Origin: a virus
Virus record (IMG/VR): IMGVR_UViG_3300018079_000001
Span: 1 to 64,000 of that record
Length of the DNA: 64,000 bases
Strand: one strand, 5' to 3'
Part shown: positions 1-9,916 of the stretch, in pieces
Position numbering within the stretch: position 1 is the first letter of the stretch
Layout of the letters: the number at the start of each line of letters is the position of its first letter
Position numbers and translations under genes: made by a program
The notes under the pieces: generated by a model
What the model was told of the DNA's origin: nothing
What the model saw: the letters and a program-made list of their open reading frames with translations, nothing else
Databases searched by the model: none

Positions 1-228
1 ATCACGCCGAATCGCTCGAAGCGAACGGTTGTGGTATCGGCGACTGACGAAACGGCTCTGGCCCGAGTCGAGATTACTGTCAACGGAACCACGACAGTGT
101 ATCTCATGAACAGCATGACATGGAGCACGACGGTGCTGCTTCCAAACTCGAAGAATGTGACGCTGACTGTGCGCGCGGTCGATACCTCCGGCAACACAGG
201 TACCGCATCACAGACGTGGAGGAAGTAA
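1..228 (+). CDS. C-terminal part of an Ig-like (Big-type) domain protein, probably truncated by the window edge
   Basis: Beta-rich VSATD...VEITVNG...TLTVRAVDTSGN pattern typical of bacterial Ig-like domains. Confidence 0.55.
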   Translation: MTPNRSKRTVVVSATDETALARVEITVNGTTTVYLMNSMTWSTTVLLPNSKNVTLTVRAVDTSGNTGTASQTWRK

Positions 229-229
229 T

Positions 230-829
230 ATGACGACTCCAATGCTCGACGCGGTGATTGTGCTTGGTCTCGTGTTCGGCGGACTTGGCGGGCTCCTGGC
301 TCTGTTCAAGGCTGTCAACAACGCCTGGAGAAACCGAGTGTATGAGCGACGCTTCAGGTTGTTCCGTGAGCGCATCATGGCGGACGCCAAAGCGCGCCGT
401 TCGATGCCTGACGGAAACCGAGATGATGGCCCGCCGACGCTAGTCCTATCACCGCTCGACTCGGTGGTGTTTGTCGAGGCTGTACTGAAAGCACAGCGTG
501 AGCGAGACGAAGTGAAGTTGGCGTTTATCGAGTCTGTGTTGGAAGAGAAGTTCGAAGGGAAAGGTGGCGCGAGCGGTGGTGCCGGGGCGAGTGGCGAGTG
601 GGAGTCCCCTGCGAGGGAGCCCCGTGAGCCAGTCGTCGAAGCCGGGACAATCGACACCGCTCGCGCCGCTGTAGTGGACGAGTGGCGTAGTCTAGCCGAG
701 GCACGTGAGATGACGGAGATCGACTTCCCACCAGCCTCTGTGGTCGAATATACGCCGACTCCGGAGATGTCAGACCCGGTACGGGAAGAGGCGACACCCG
801 CGCCCGAGACAACGACGAACGAGCCATGA
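230..829 (+). CDS. Hypothetical protein with N-terminal transmembrane helix
   Basis: RBS GGAGG upstream; hydrophobic AVIVLGLVFGGLGGLLALF; acidic tail. Confidence 0.6.
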   Translation: MTTPMLDAVIVLGLVFGGLGGLLALFKAVNNAWRNRVYERRFRLFRERIMADAKARRSMPDGNRDDGPPTLVLSPLDSVVFVEAVLKAQRERDEVKLAFIESVLEEKFEGKGGASGGAGASGEWESPAREPREPVVEAGTIDTARAAVVDEWRSLAEAREMTEIDFPPASVVEYTPTPEMSDPVREEATPAPETTTNEP

Positions 830-999
830 ACTACCAGGCACTCGTGGGGTATGGGCGCGCGGTGGTCAAACGCGACAAGGTCACGGTACACATGGCGTGG
901 TGCAGCGAGGGCGACAAGTGCAAGAGCGAATGGCATCGAAGGGAGCCGAAAGATGAAGTTCATAGCAAAGTCCGAGACGATGTACCGCCGAGGGCCTGA
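826..999 (+). CDS. Small hypothetical protein (MNYQALVGYG..., 57 aa)
   Basis: ATGA overlap with the previous stop; fills the gap to the HD gene. Confidence 0.45.
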   Translation: MNYQALVGYGRAVVKRDKVTVHMAWCSEGDKCKSEWHRREPKDEVHSKVRDDVPPRA

Positions 1000-1000
1000 G

Positions 1001-1438
1001 ATGGAGCGCACAATGGAAGAGCGCGCGATTGCGCTTGCCGTCAAGGCGCACACCGGCCAGACGCGCAAGGATGGCTCGTCCTACATCCTGCACCCGCTGC
1101 GTGTCATGCACGCGTTTGCTCGGGTGGTCGGGCACGAGGGTCAGGTGCTTCGCACTGCTGCCGTGCTGCACGACGTGTGCGAAGATTGCGGCGTGAGCAA
1201 CGACTCTATCGTTGCTGCGTTCGGCTCCGACGTGGGTAAGGTCGTGGACCGTCTCACTCGGCGTCCAGGGGAACTGTATGCCGACTATGTGGTACGTGCT
1301 GCGGCCGACAACAGTGCTCGTCTGATCAAGATTGCGGACGTGGAAGACAACCTGTACGACGTGGACGCGATACCGTTTCCGAGTGAAGCGAAGGGTCTGC
1401 GCCGAAGGTACGAGTGGACGCTAAGTGTGATTCGGTGA
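1001..1438 (+). CDS. HD-domain (p)ppGpp hydrolase-like protein (RelA/SpoT HD, Mesh1/SAH type)
   Basis: AH.GQ.RKDG..YI.HP.RV, AAVLHDVCED, IKIAD.EDNL motifs; start taken at ATG 1001 (ORF track starts 851). Confidence 0.85.
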   Translation: MERTMEERAIALAVKAHTGQTRKDGSSYILHPLRVMHAFARVVGHEGQVLRTAAVLHDVCEDCGVSNDSIVAAFGSDVGKVVDRLTRRPGELYADYVVRAAADNSARLIKIADVEDNLYDVDAIPFPSEAKGLRRRYEWTLSVIR

Positions 1439-1606
1439 AGAAACGGAAGGCTGCCAAGCCTGCACCGAAGCCAAGAAAGAAGCGTCCACGCGGTCCTGAC
1501 ATCGTTCTGACACCGCGAAATCGCGGTAACGTGGCTCGTATCCTCGAAGATCACGCGCTGCACGTGGACTCAGTGGCGGCCGAGTTTCGGAGAAAGAGCT
1601 ATCACG

Positions 1607-1629
1607 GTTGATCCTACTAAGTAGGAGGG
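1607..1629 (+). promoter_or_regulatory. Palindromic regulatory motif B copy 1 (GTTGATCCTACTAAGTAGGAGGG) overlapping the RBS
   Basis: Same motif at 5634, 49096, 56220; TCCTACT-A-AGTAGGA inverted repeat. Confidence 0.75.
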
Positions 1630-1636
1630 ACACTCT

Positions 1637-1879
1637 ATGGAGACAGAATGCAAAGGCGACAAGCACGTGATCCTGAAGGACGGGACCTGTGCGTGTGAGA
1701 GTGCGTGGGCCAAGAGTCCAGCAGGTAAGGCTGCGGTAGAGGCGGCCGAGTATGTTCTGGTACAGGACAAGGGAGACAGCATCGGGGATGCTGTGGACTA
1801 TTTCAATCGACCTGTCGGTGCGCGTCTCGCCGATCTAGCGGCCGATCTAGCGGAAGACAGCACGGAAGGACAGCCATGA
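1637..1879 (+). CDS. Hypothetical protein
   Basis: Strong RBS; ATGA overlap with the next gene. Confidence 0.6.
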   Translation: METECKGDKHVILKDGTCACESAWAKSPAGKAAVEAAEYVLVQDKGDSIGDAVDYFNRPVGARLADLAADLAEDSTEGQP

Positions 1880-2169
1880 GCCGACAAGACGTTCCGCCCG
1901 AGATGGAGTTCGACGGGGAAGAGGGCCTGTTCGACGTAGATATCACCGAGCAAGGTCCGCGTTCTCGTCCGCGCCGACCCGAGTCGGCCTGGGAGAAACA
2001 GGCTGCGACCTGGCACGGCACCACGCACTTCTTCGAGTGCTGCGGTACCACGTTTGGTGCCATGAACGCTGACACCTTGGCGGCCATGAGGCGGCTCCAC
2101 GAGGCGAGTCAGTATCACCGCAACCAAAAGCCTACCGGCGCCGTGTTGGCACTCGGTCAGGACGTGTAG
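1876..2169 (+). CDS. Hypothetical protein
   Basis: Operon-like packing. Confidence 0.5.
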   Translation: MSRQDVPPEMEFDGEEGLFDVDITEQGPRSRPRRPESAWEKQAATWHGTTHFFECCGTTFGAMNADTLAAMRRLHEASQYHRNQKPTGAVLALGQDV

Positions 2170-2170
2170 A

Positions 2171-2485
2171 GTGGCTGACGAGCGGTCGGACAGTTCGTCA
2201 GCGGTTCTCGCCCCTTACTTTGTTGTCGAGACGCCGACCGAAGGTGGGCCTGGCGTCTACACGGACGACAAGCACAACCGCACCGCTGTGCGCACGATGT
2301 TCGCGGTCATTGAGCTACAGAATGTCGAGAAGGCGACGCAGCAGTGGAAAACGCTCGGGTCACGTGGGCAGATGGTCCAGCTACTCGCCATCGCCATGAT
2401 GAACAACCCGGGCCTGTTCGAGGCAATCGGAGCCATGATGAACCTGCTTCAGAACGACATCGAACGAACACAGAGAGGAGGCTAA
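2171..2485 (+). CDS. Hypothetical protein
   Basis: Operon-like packing, GTG start. Confidence 0.55.
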   Translation: MADERSDSSSAVLAPYFVVETPTEGGPGVYTDDKHNRTAVRTMFAVIELQNVEKATQQWKTLGSRGQMVQLLAIAMMNNPGLFEAIGAMMNLLQNDIERTQRGG

Positions 2486-2487
2486 CC

Positions 2488-2766
2488 ATGCCAAACCCTG
2501 AAGAGAAGTTCGGAGAGCAGCGGCCACAGAGGCGCGACGCGGACGGCAACAACTTTTTCCAGCTTGAGCTACACCCGATGAAGTTCGAGGTGTGTGAGTG
2601 CCGCAAGCAAAGCGACGGCCATATCACACTGTCGGGCTCGATCGAGCAGGACATGCCGAGCGTGTCGAACCCGATGGAACTGATGCAACTGATGATGACC
2701 GGGCAACCGATACCGACTGAGAAGAAATGGGTGCCGATCATGCGGGTGCTGTCCAGCTACAATTGA
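2488..2766 (+). CDS. Hypothetical protein (MPNPEEKF...)
   Basis: RBS GAGGAGG before ATG 2488. Confidence 0.55.
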   Translation: MPNPEEKFGEQRPQRRDADGNNFFQLELHPMKFEVCECRKQSDGHITLSGSIEQDMPSVSNPMELMQLMMTGQPIPTEKKWVPIMRVLSSYN

Positions 2767-2777
2767 AACCTCCAACC

Positions 2778-2795
2778 GTGGTAAAATGAAAGAGT
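2778..2795 (+). promoter_or_regulatory. Promoter motif A copy 1 (GTGGTAAAATGAAAGAGT), upstream of portal
   Basis: Extended -10 TGnTAAAAT within an 18-bp motif repeated six times. Confidence 0.75.
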
Positions 2796-2809
2796 GGGGG
2801 GACACGGGC

Positions 2810-4927
2810 ATGAGCAGGCGTGCTGGAGGGCGGGATACGTGGCTGTACTCGAACACTCGCAGCGGTAAGAAGGTCCAGAAGCAAGCGGCCGAAGCCGAAG
2901 GTCGTCTCGAACCGGGAGCAAGCGAGTATATGACTCGCATGCTCACCGCGCCCGTCCCGAAGATCATCCACCTGGGCAACGAAGTCAGCAAGAGCGAAGG
3001 CGGCCAGGTGTCCGTCATCCGCAAGTTCGTCCCCGACTACCCCGCGTCGCATCAGATCAAGGACCCGTTCGAGGGCCTGTACTCTCAAGGCATTGCGCTC
3101 GAACCCCCGCTCCCGCCTGAACGACTCCTGAACCTCACCGAAGAGAACACACTGCACTCTGGCTGTCTCATGGCGAAAGCCTATGACGCGTGCGGACGTG
3201 GTTGGGATTTCGAGCCGGTCGAGGGTCAGAAGGGCGACAAGGCTCTCATGGAGTCGGAGATGCCCGACAAGTTCCGCAAGGGCATGGAACTGATGACGCC
3301 GGACCTGACGTTCGGTGAGCTACTGTACCAGGCAGCGTGGGAGCAACAGGCAATCGGTTGGGCTGTATGGGAAGTTGTGCGCATGGCTGAAGCCTGGGCT
3401 CCGCGCGCTTACGCGCCAATCGGTGCCATCTATCCGATCCCATCGTTCACCATGCGCGCCACGATTGACCCGCGTCGGTGGGTGCAGATTCGCGCCGGCC
3501 GTATCCGCTTCTTCAAGAAGTTCGGTGCGAAATGCGAAGTGGACGCTGAGACGGGGCAGGTGTACAACTGGCAGGACTCGAAGCAGATGGCTGCGATCAC
3601 CGACCCGGAACGCCTGGCATCCGAAGTGATCATCTTCAAGGAATACAGCCCGCGCTCGCTGTGGTACGGCATCCCGAAATGGATCAGTGCTGTGCCGACG
3701 ATCGCCGAGTTGACGGCCATTCGAGAGTTCAACGTGTCGTGGTTCGCCAGTGGCGGTCAGACGGACTACATCATTCACTTCAAGGGTGAGTCACTGGAAG
3801 TCGCTGAGGCGATGAAGGACGGCGTGCTTGAGCAGATGCGCGAGAATCAGGGGCGCGGGCACACGAACCTTATCGTTGCAGGCTCGGCTGAGACGGAGAT
3901 GAACGTCGAGAAGTTGGGCGAGCTACTTCGCGAAGGGCACTTTCGGTTCCGGCGTTCCGACCTGGCGAAGGAAGTTCTGATCGCGCACAACGTGCCGCCT
4001 TACCGCATCGGTTGGGCTGAGACGGGGGCGGGCTCCGGGCTCGCTGGCAACCCCGCGACCGAGATGCTTGGCGCGTACAAGTACGGTGCTATCGAGCCGA
4101 TCCAAACCATCATCGAGGATCGACTGCGCGCTACGTTGTTCGATCCTGACATGGGCATCAATACTGGCATGTTCCGTTTGCGCTTGAAAGACCTGGAACT
4201 GGACGACATGACGCAGGAGTTGGAGCGCGTGACAAAGCTGGTTGACTCCGCGATCATGACGCCGAATCAGGCGCGAGAGGAGTTGGGCCTGGACCCGGTC
4301 GAGACGGTTAAGAAGAAGACGCCGATGCCGGGCGCGAAACCGGGCGACAAGCAGCCTGTGAACGCGCCACAAGTTGATCCGACGACTGGTGAGCCTGTGG
4401 AGGGGCAGCCGCAGTACGAAACGAAGGCGTTCGACAAGGACGGCAACCCGGTCCCGCCTGCGCCGCCCGCTGAAGGTGAGGAGCCGGCCGAGGATACGCG
4501 TCCAGGTGGCGACAGCGAAGGTGGCAACCTGAATGGGCCTCCAGGCTCAGAGGGGGAAGACGTGGGCCAAGTCGAAGCGATGAACACGTACTACTATCAG
4601 GGTGTGCCGCTTTCGGCGAAGCCGCCTGCGCCTGCCCCGCAGATCGGTCCAGATGGTAAGCCTATGCCCCCGTTCGGTGGGAAGAAGCCGCCGTTCGGTG
4701 GTCCTCCCGAGAGTCCGGACGGTGCGCCGTTGCCGGACGAGTCACAGAAGTCTGTGGACAAAGCATTCGAGTTTGTGAATGAGTTTGGAAGAACACTTCG
4801 CGAGTCGCTGAAGGGTGATTCGCAAAAGTCTGTCGTCGGGGACGAATCCGGTGCGAAGGAGAAGACTCCCTCCGAGCACCGGCCCTCCCGTCGTCCTCGG
4901 CGACAGTTCAAATCAGAGGAGAAGTGA
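2810..4927 (+). CDS. Phage portal protein with long Pro/Gly-rich C-terminal extension
   Basis: PBSX/HK97-type portal motifs: EVIIFKEYSPRSLWYGIP, FN.SWFASGG, EVLIAHNVPPYRIG, IEPIQ, IMTPNQAREELGLDP. Confidence 0.9.
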   Translation: MSRRAGGRDTWLYSNTRSGKKVQKQAAEAEGRLEPGASEYMTRMLTAPVPKIIHLGNEVSKSEGGQVSVIRKFVPDYPASHQIKDPFEGLYSQGIALEPPLPPERLLNLTEENTLHSGCLMAKAYDACGRGWDFEPVEGQKGDKALMESEMPDKFRKGMELMTPDLTFGELLYQAAWEQQAIGWAVWEVVRMAEAWAPRAYAPIGAIYPIPSFTMRATIDPRRWVQIRAGRIRFFKKFGAKCEVDAETGQVYNWQDSKQMAAITDPERLASEVIIFKEYSPRSLWYGIPKWISAVPTIAELTAIREFNVSWFASGGQTDYIIHFKGESLEVAEAMKDGVLEQMRENQGRGHTNLIVAGSAETEMNVEKLGELLREGHFRFRRSDLAKEVLIAHNVPPYRIGWAETGAGSGLAGNPATEMLGAYKYGAIEPIQTIIEDRLRATLFDPDMGINTGMFRLRLKDLELDDMTQELERVTKLVDSAIMTPNQAREELGLDPVETVKKKTPMPGAKPGDKQPVNAPQVDPTTGEPVEGQPQYETKAFDKDGNPVPPAPPAEGEEPAEDTRPGGDSEGGNLNGPPGSEGEDVGQVEAMNTYYYQGVPLSAKPPAPAPQIGPDGKPMPPFGGKKPPFGGPPESPDGAPLPDESQKSVDKAFEFVNEFGRTLRESLKGDSQKSVVGDESGAKEKTPSEHRPSRRPRRQFKSEEK

Positions 4928-4928
4928 A

Positions 4929-5309
4929 ATGGATAGTCAACGCGGCCCAAGATGGATGATCGTGGAAAAACATCACGTGATCGCGGCGCTCGCGCTCGTG
5001 TTCGCACTCGCTGGCGGTGGTTACGCAGGAGAGCCGTTGCCTGTCATCCCCGAATCGAAGCCGTCACGTGACGAGATCGTCACAGGCTGCGATGACGGGC
5101 GTCACGTGTACGCGCACGCGTGGCACAAGCAGAAGGTACTGATCTTCGGCACTGTCTATGAAGACGGCAAACATGACCCGCCCGATGTTGTGCTCACGTG
5201 GACGGGCAAGAACACGATTGACAAGCTGTGGCATCGCGGCATTCAGGTGCCCGATGCGACCGAGTGGCTTCGAGCCACAGACCTGTGCGATGGAACGGCA
5301 AAGCCATGA
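4929..5309 (+). CDS. Hypothetical exported protein (signal-peptide-like N-terminus)
   Basis: VIAALALVFALAGGGYA segment; RBS GAGGAG. Confidence 0.55.
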   Translation: MDSQRGPRWMIVEKHHVIAALALVFALAGGGYAGEPLPVIPESKPSRDEIVTGCDDGRHVYAHAWHKQKVLIFGTVYEDGKHDPPDVVLTWTGKNTIDKLWHRGIQVPDATEWLRATDLCDGTAKP

Positions 5310-5605
5310 GCGCTCTGGAAATTGACCTGGTCCTGAAGTGGTTCCCACTACTCGGCGTGCCGATCCTTGCTATGATCGGCTGGCTTATACGCCGAGCTAT
5401 CATTCGGTGGGATAAGTCGCAGGACAAAACCGCTACTGCAATTGAGAAACTGGCTGAGCAAATTGCGACCTTGGCTTCGACCTTGGCGACTACAGCCACC
5501 GAAGTCCGACTCCGCGCGCAGATGGGTGACGAACGCTCACAAGTGACCGTCGATCGTTTCGTGGCACTTGAGCTACGCGTGAGTCATCTCGAACACCCGC
5601 TCTAA
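5306..5605 (+). CDS. Single-TM coiled-coil membrane protein (holin-like)
   Basis: WFPLLGVPILAMIGWLI followed by a heptad-like region. Confidence 0.5.
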   Translation: MSALEIDLVLKWFPLLGVPILAMIGWLIRRAIIRWDKSQDKTATAIEKLAEQIATLASTLATTATEVRLRAQMGDERSQVTVDRFVALELRVSHLEHPL

Positions 5606-5633
5606 AGCGCACCCGATAAATTCACTCGCTTCA

Positions 5634-5654
5634 TTGATCCTACTAAGTAGGAGG
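5634..5654 (+). promoter_or_regulatory. Palindromic regulatory motif B copy 2
   Basis: TTGATCCTACTAAGTAGGAGG just before ATG 5660. Confidence 0.75.
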
Positions 5655-5659
5655 AACGC

Positions 5660-6937
5660 ATGCCCAAAGTCACGGCAACGGCGGAACTACCACGCAATTC
5701 CGAAGGCAAAGTCCTGTGGTCGAGGGTGCCCGGCTTCCCTCGGTGGTTCAAGCAGATGGCCCCGAAGTGCACACAGTCTGAACTGGCCCTGGCGATACGT
5801 GGCAAGTACAGCACGGACATCAGTACCCCCGCGCTCGAATCCCTGCGCCGCACCTATCGAGCGAATCAGAACGCGGACACCTTGGCACGTGGCAAGGCAG
5901 CCTTGCAACCTCCGAAACCAGAGGCACTGCCCGAGACGCCGACCGAGAAGTACGACCGTGAGGCTGCGCAGGCGACCATCCGCAAGCTGAGTGCTCGGCA
6001 GACCGCGTGGGAAGTCATTGGTGAGAAGTTGCTCGTCGGTGCTCGCGCTCTGGACCGACAACTACCCGCAATCAAACCGCCCGTTATCAAGCTGCCCGGC
6101 AAGATGCACGAGGAGGAAGCCGTCCTCGTGATCAGTGACGTGCAGGCTGGCCTGACCACGAGTTCCCGTGAGACGGGCGGGCTCGGCGACTTCAACACCG
6201 CGATTCTGGCACAGCAGATCGACTACCTTGGCGACGCTGTCGAAAGTGTCATGAAGTACCACGTCAACGTCAAGAACCTGAACGTGTGGTTCAACGGTGA
6301 CATCGTCGAGGGTGAGACGATTTTTCGTGGACAGCAGCGCGAGATCGACATGAACCTGATCGAGCAAATCCTGTTCTGCGTGGACAAATTCGAGGGCCTA
6401 CTCACGCGCATGTCGGCGCGCTTCGAGAACGTGCGGGCGACCGGCACAGTTGGGAACCACGGTCGGCTTGGCATGAAGGGCGAACACTCGCCGATGTCCA
6501 ACTTCGACTACCTCACGTACAAGTGGCTTCAGGAGCGCACGCGCCCACTGAACAATGTCACGTGGACCATTCCTGAGACATGGTGGTTGATCAACGACGT
6601 GATGGGTTGGCGTTTCCTTCAGGTGCACGGCGATGACACCGGGTCGAGTACGTGGGGAATCCCTTTCTACGGCATGGGTAGACATTCGTCGCGCTACCAG
6701 GAGATGCTACGACAGGCACGAGTTCCTCCGTTCGACTACATGGTCCTCGGGCACCACAGCGTCGAAGCACAGTTCCAGAACATAATCGCGGCTGGCTCAT
6801 GGCCGGGCGGAACCGAGTTCAGCATCAAGGGAATGCAAGCGGCGGGTACGCCGACTGCTCCGTTCTTCGCAGTGGACAAGCGGTTTGGCAAGACGTGGCG
6901 GCGAGACATTCAGCTTCGCCCCCCGGTGGCGCGATGA
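5660..6937 (+). CDS. Calcineurin-like metallophosphoesterase
   Basis: ISD.Q.G, GDIVEG, GNHGR, HGD, GHH metal-binding motifs. Confidence 0.85.
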   Translation: MPKVTATAELPRNSEGKVLWSRVPGFPRWFKQMAPKCTQSELALAIRGKYSTDISTPALESLRRTYRANQNADTLARGKAALQPPKPEALPETPTEKYDREAAQATIRKLSARQTAWEVIGEKLLVGARALDRQLPAIKPPVIKLPGKMHEEEAVLVISDVQAGLTTSSRETGGLGDFNTAILAQQIDYLGDAVESVMKYHVNVKNLNVWFNGDIVEGETIFRGQQREIDMNLIEQILFCVDKFEGLLTRMSARFENVRATGTVGNHGRLGMKGEHSPMSNFDYLTYKWLQERTRPLNNVTWTIPETWWLINDVMGWRFLQVHGDDTGSSTWGIPFYGMGRHSSRYQEMLRQARVPPFDYMVLGHHSVEAQFQNIIAAGSWPGGTEFSIKGMQAAGTPTAPFFAVDKRFGKTWRRDIQLRPPVAR

Positions 6938-7073
6938 ACTGCCCATACTGCAAGGAAGTCACGGTGCCGACACCGCTCGGGATGCTGTGCGTGGCGAAGA
7001 CGAACGAGAAGGGCCGCATGTGCGGCACGACCCTTGGCGACTCAGAGCAGGTGCGAAAGGAAGTGAAGGTGTG

Positions 7074-7289
7074 ATGGCAAAGATTGACATGAAGTTGTCA
7101 CAGGCACTTGGGTACGTGCGGCTTGGACTTATCTCAGCACGCGAGTATCCAGAGAAGCTGGAAGTGGCACTCGGTCTGCTCGACGAGATCATCCCTCAAG
7201 TGCTGGCAATCGAAGTGCCGGGTGGGATACTCGGCGATAAAGTAGAAGAAGGTGCCGTGAGTCCAGCGCAAGGGGAAGCTGCATCATGA
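7074..7289 (+). CDS. Hypothetical protein (MAKIDMK...)
   Basis: Overlapping start/stop packing. Confidence 0.5.
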   Translation: MAKIDMKLSQALGYVRLGLISAREYPEKLEVALGLLDEIIPQVLAIEVPGGILGDKVEEGAVSPAQGEAAS

Positions 7290-7477
7290 AGATGACAAGC
7301 GGGAAGCGTAAGCAGGAGCGGCAAGGTCGCTCGCTGGATCGGCTGCTTGTGATGGCCCCGCCGAATCGTATCGGCGAGATCGAAGACGACAAGGCGCGAC
7401 ACACGGCACTCGCTCAGTGGGAAGAGCGCGCGAAGGTCGAAATCGAAACCCTCAAGAAGCGAACAGGGAGGTTCTGA
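7286..7477 (+). CDS. Hypothetical protein
   Basis: ATGA / TGATG overlaps. Confidence 0.5.
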   Translation: MKMTSGKRKQERQGRSLDRLLVMAPPNRIGEIEDDKARHTALAQWEERAKVEIETLKKRTGRF

Positions 7478-7974
7478 TGCGCGTATATCTCTGTGGCCCT
7501 ATTAACGGCTGCACCGACACCGAGGCGAAGGACTGGCGCGAGGCAGCGAAGAAGGACCATCCAGAGCACACGTACATCGACCCCATGCGTAACGACTACC
7601 GTGGGCGCGAGAACGAGCCTGGTATCGACGCTCTGATCGTCGAGGCTGATAAGCAGGACATCATCGACTCCGAAGTCGTGCTTGTGAACTACGACAAGCC
7701 GAGCGTCGGCACGAGCATGGAAGTGCTCTTCGCATGGGAACAAGCCCGCGACATAGTTGTCGTTGCCAAGGAAGGCACTATCATTTCCCCGTGGCTCAAG
7801 TACCACGCGGACACCATCGTCCCGACGTTTGCCCGCGCGTTCGCGTACATCAACGAGCTATCAAAAGAAGAAAGCGCGATACTGGACCCGTTCGAGCGTC
7901 TCGATATTCTGTTCGACGAGATGGACAAATCCTGGGAGCGCATTTTCGGACGAGGGAGAAAGTTTGATTCATGA
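7477..7974 (+). CDS. Nucleoside 2-deoxyribosyltransferase / nucleotide N-hydrolase family protein
   Basis: VYLCGPI..., D...I..S.VVLV, SVGTSMEV.FAW motifs. Confidence 0.85.
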   Translation: MRVYLCGPINGCTDTEAKDWREAAKKDHPEHTYIDPMRNDYRGRENEPGIDALIVEADKQDIIDSEVVLVNYDKPSVGTSMEVLFAWEQARDIVVVAKEGTIISPWLKYHADTIVPTFARAFAYINELSKEESAILDPFERLDILFDEMDKSWERIFGRGRKFDS

Positions 7975-8192
7975 TCAAGCACACACTGCCCGCAACACTG
8001 TTCGTTCGTATGGACAACGATACCGGCGAGGAAAGCGTTTTACTCGCCGAGGAGAGCATGGCAAAGGTTCTGCCAGACGACGACATGGTCACAGTTGTCG
8101 GCGTATACGGGCTGATCAAGGTGATGCGTGTTCAGCGAGAAGCCAAGGTGCTCGCGGAGGAGTCTGTTCGAGTACCAGGCGAGCGCACATGA
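7971..8192 (+). CDS. Hypothetical protein
   Basis: ATGA overlaps on both sides. Confidence 0.55.
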   Translation: MIKHTLPATLFVRMDNDTGEESVLLAEESMAKVLPDDDMVTVVGVYGLIKVMRVQREAKVLAEESVRVPGERT

Positions 8193-8737
8193 AGGTACGC
8201 CGGCTAACGGCCCAACAGGCTGTCAAGCTGCTTTCCGAATTCTACAACACCTGCCCCGATGAAATGGAGAAAGCCTTCGGCTGGTCGCACGAGCCGGAGA
8301 CACTCGGGCGTAACGAGACGGTCTACGAAGTCAGCGATGACATAGACGGTGCCGACGCTGACGGCAAGGTCGAGCGTCGCCGTGTGGTTGTGGGCTTCGG
8401 CATCATCGAAATGAACCTCAAAGACGCCCGCGACACCGAGGCGTTCCTGAGTGCGGGTGTGTTCCCTATGTACCGGCGCATGGGGTACTGGCATAAAATC
8501 ACAGCCTGGACAGTGGCGAAGTCGAAAGAGTTGGGAGCCGACTTCGCGTCTCGTATCGTCAACAAGGACAACGAAGAGCACTACAATCGGTCTATGCGCG
8601 AGGCGCACACTGAGGGCTCAGGTTGGGTGTACGCTGGTGATAATTGGTGGCCAGGAAAAGGACACGGCTATTTCGTGTGGCCGTTCGACGAGAAAGAGCA
8701 CGCTGAAGCCAAGAAGAACGGGCACCATGAGAGTTGA
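8189..8737 (+). CDS. GNAT-family acetyltransferase-like protein
   Basis: VVGFG...[11 protein letters not shown] acetyl-CoA motif A, V.KDN. Confidence 0.65.
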   Translation: MKVRRLTAQQAVKLLSEFYNTCPDEMEKAFGWSHEPETLGRNETVYEVSDDIDGADADGKVERRRVVVGFGIIEMNLKDARDTEAFLSAGVFPMYRRMGYWHKITAWTVAKSKELGADFASRIVNKDNEEHYNRSMREAHTEGSGWVYAGDNWWPGKGHGYFVWPFDEKEHAEAKKNGHHES

Positions 8738-9689
8738 CGCTGAGAGGAAGCTGGACTTCGACGACGTGCTGATTCGCCCCAAGCGCTCGAAGTTGAAGTC
8801 TCGGGCGCAGATCGACCTTGAGCGAACCTTCAGAATGCTGCACTCCGACAGGACAATCAGAGGGGTGCCGATCATCGCAGCCAACATGGACACGGTTGGC
8901 ACGCCCCGCATGGCGCAAGCACTGGCGAAGCACCGGATGTTCACGGCGTTGCACAAATTTGTTACGATCGACGAATGCAAGAACGTCCCGAATGCGTTTG
9001 CCTTCGTCACGCTCGGGCTCGGGGAGTGTGAGGTAGACGAGTCAATGGACAAAATCTGCCTCGACGTGGCGAACGGGTACATCGAAGACTTCGTGGACTT
9101 CATCGACACCATTCGTGGCATTTACCCCGGCAAGGTCATCATGGCTGGCAACGTGGCGACCCCCGACATGACCGAGGCACTGATTCTCGCGGGCGCGGAC
9201 ATCGTAAAGGTCGGCATCGGGCCAGGATCGGCCTGCACCACGCGACAGGTCACAGGTGTCGGCTACCCGCAACTATCCGCCGTCATCGAGTGCGCCGACG
9301 CCGCGCACGGGCTCGGGGGCCTTATCTGCTCTGACGGTGGCTGTCGAACCCCTGGCGACGTGACGAAAGCCTTCGCTGCCGGCGCCGACTTCGTTATGCT
9401 CGGTGGTATGCTCGCTGGTCACGCTGAGTGCTTTCCTGATGGCACGCCCGTGGTGCCGCCCTTAGTCAGGTACTACGGCATGGCGTCTAAGGTCGCGATG
9501 GACAAGCACGCTGGCGGCGTGGCTCCCTACAGGGCGGCTGAGGGTCGAGTCGTCGAGATCGACTACCGAGGCAGCGTGGACGACACCGTGCAGGAAATCC
9601 TCGGCGGGCTCAGGTCAGCGTGCACATACGTGGGAGCCTCGAAGCTGAAAGAGTTGTCGAAACGCACGACGTTTGTGATTGTGCGATGA
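8727..9689 (+). CDS. guaC: GMP reductase
   Basis: [80 protein letters not shown]. Confidence 0.93.
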   Translation: MRVDAERKLDFDDVLIRPKRSKLKSRAQIDLERTFRMLHSDRTIRGVPIIAANMDTVGTPRMAQALAKHRMFTALHKFVTIDECKNVPNAFAFVTLGLGECEVDESMDKICLDVANGYIEDFVDFIDTIRGIYPGKVIMAGNVATPDMTEALILAGADIVKVGIGPGSACTTRQVTGVGYPQLSAVIECADAAHGLGGLICSDGGCRTPGDVTKAFAAGADFVMLGGMLAGHAECFPDGTPVVPPLVRYYGMASKVAMDKHAGGVAPYRAAEGRVVEIDYRGSVDDTVQEILGGLRSACTYVGASKLKELSKRTTFVIVR

Positions 9690-9842
9690 TGGTACAGTGC
9701 GCTTTGGTATGGTTCACCCTGTCCGACAACTTGTACGTTCTGTTCGGGCTCGTCTTTGCGTTCGGTATCCTGGCTGGCCTGGGCACCGCCCCGTACCTCT
9801 CCAATAGGTTGCGCAGGTTCCTGGGCTTCTGATCTACCAGTC

Positions 9843-9860
9843 GTGGTAAAATAAAAGAGT
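9843..9860 (+). promoter_or_regulatory. Promoter motif A copy 2 (GTGGTAAAATAAAAGAGT)
   Basis: Exact motif at the head of a structural operon. Confidence 0.8.
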
Positions 9861-9916
9861 GGGGGTGTGCACACCCCGAAGAATTCCTGTTCGACAACTT
9901 TTCAGGGGGAAACCAA

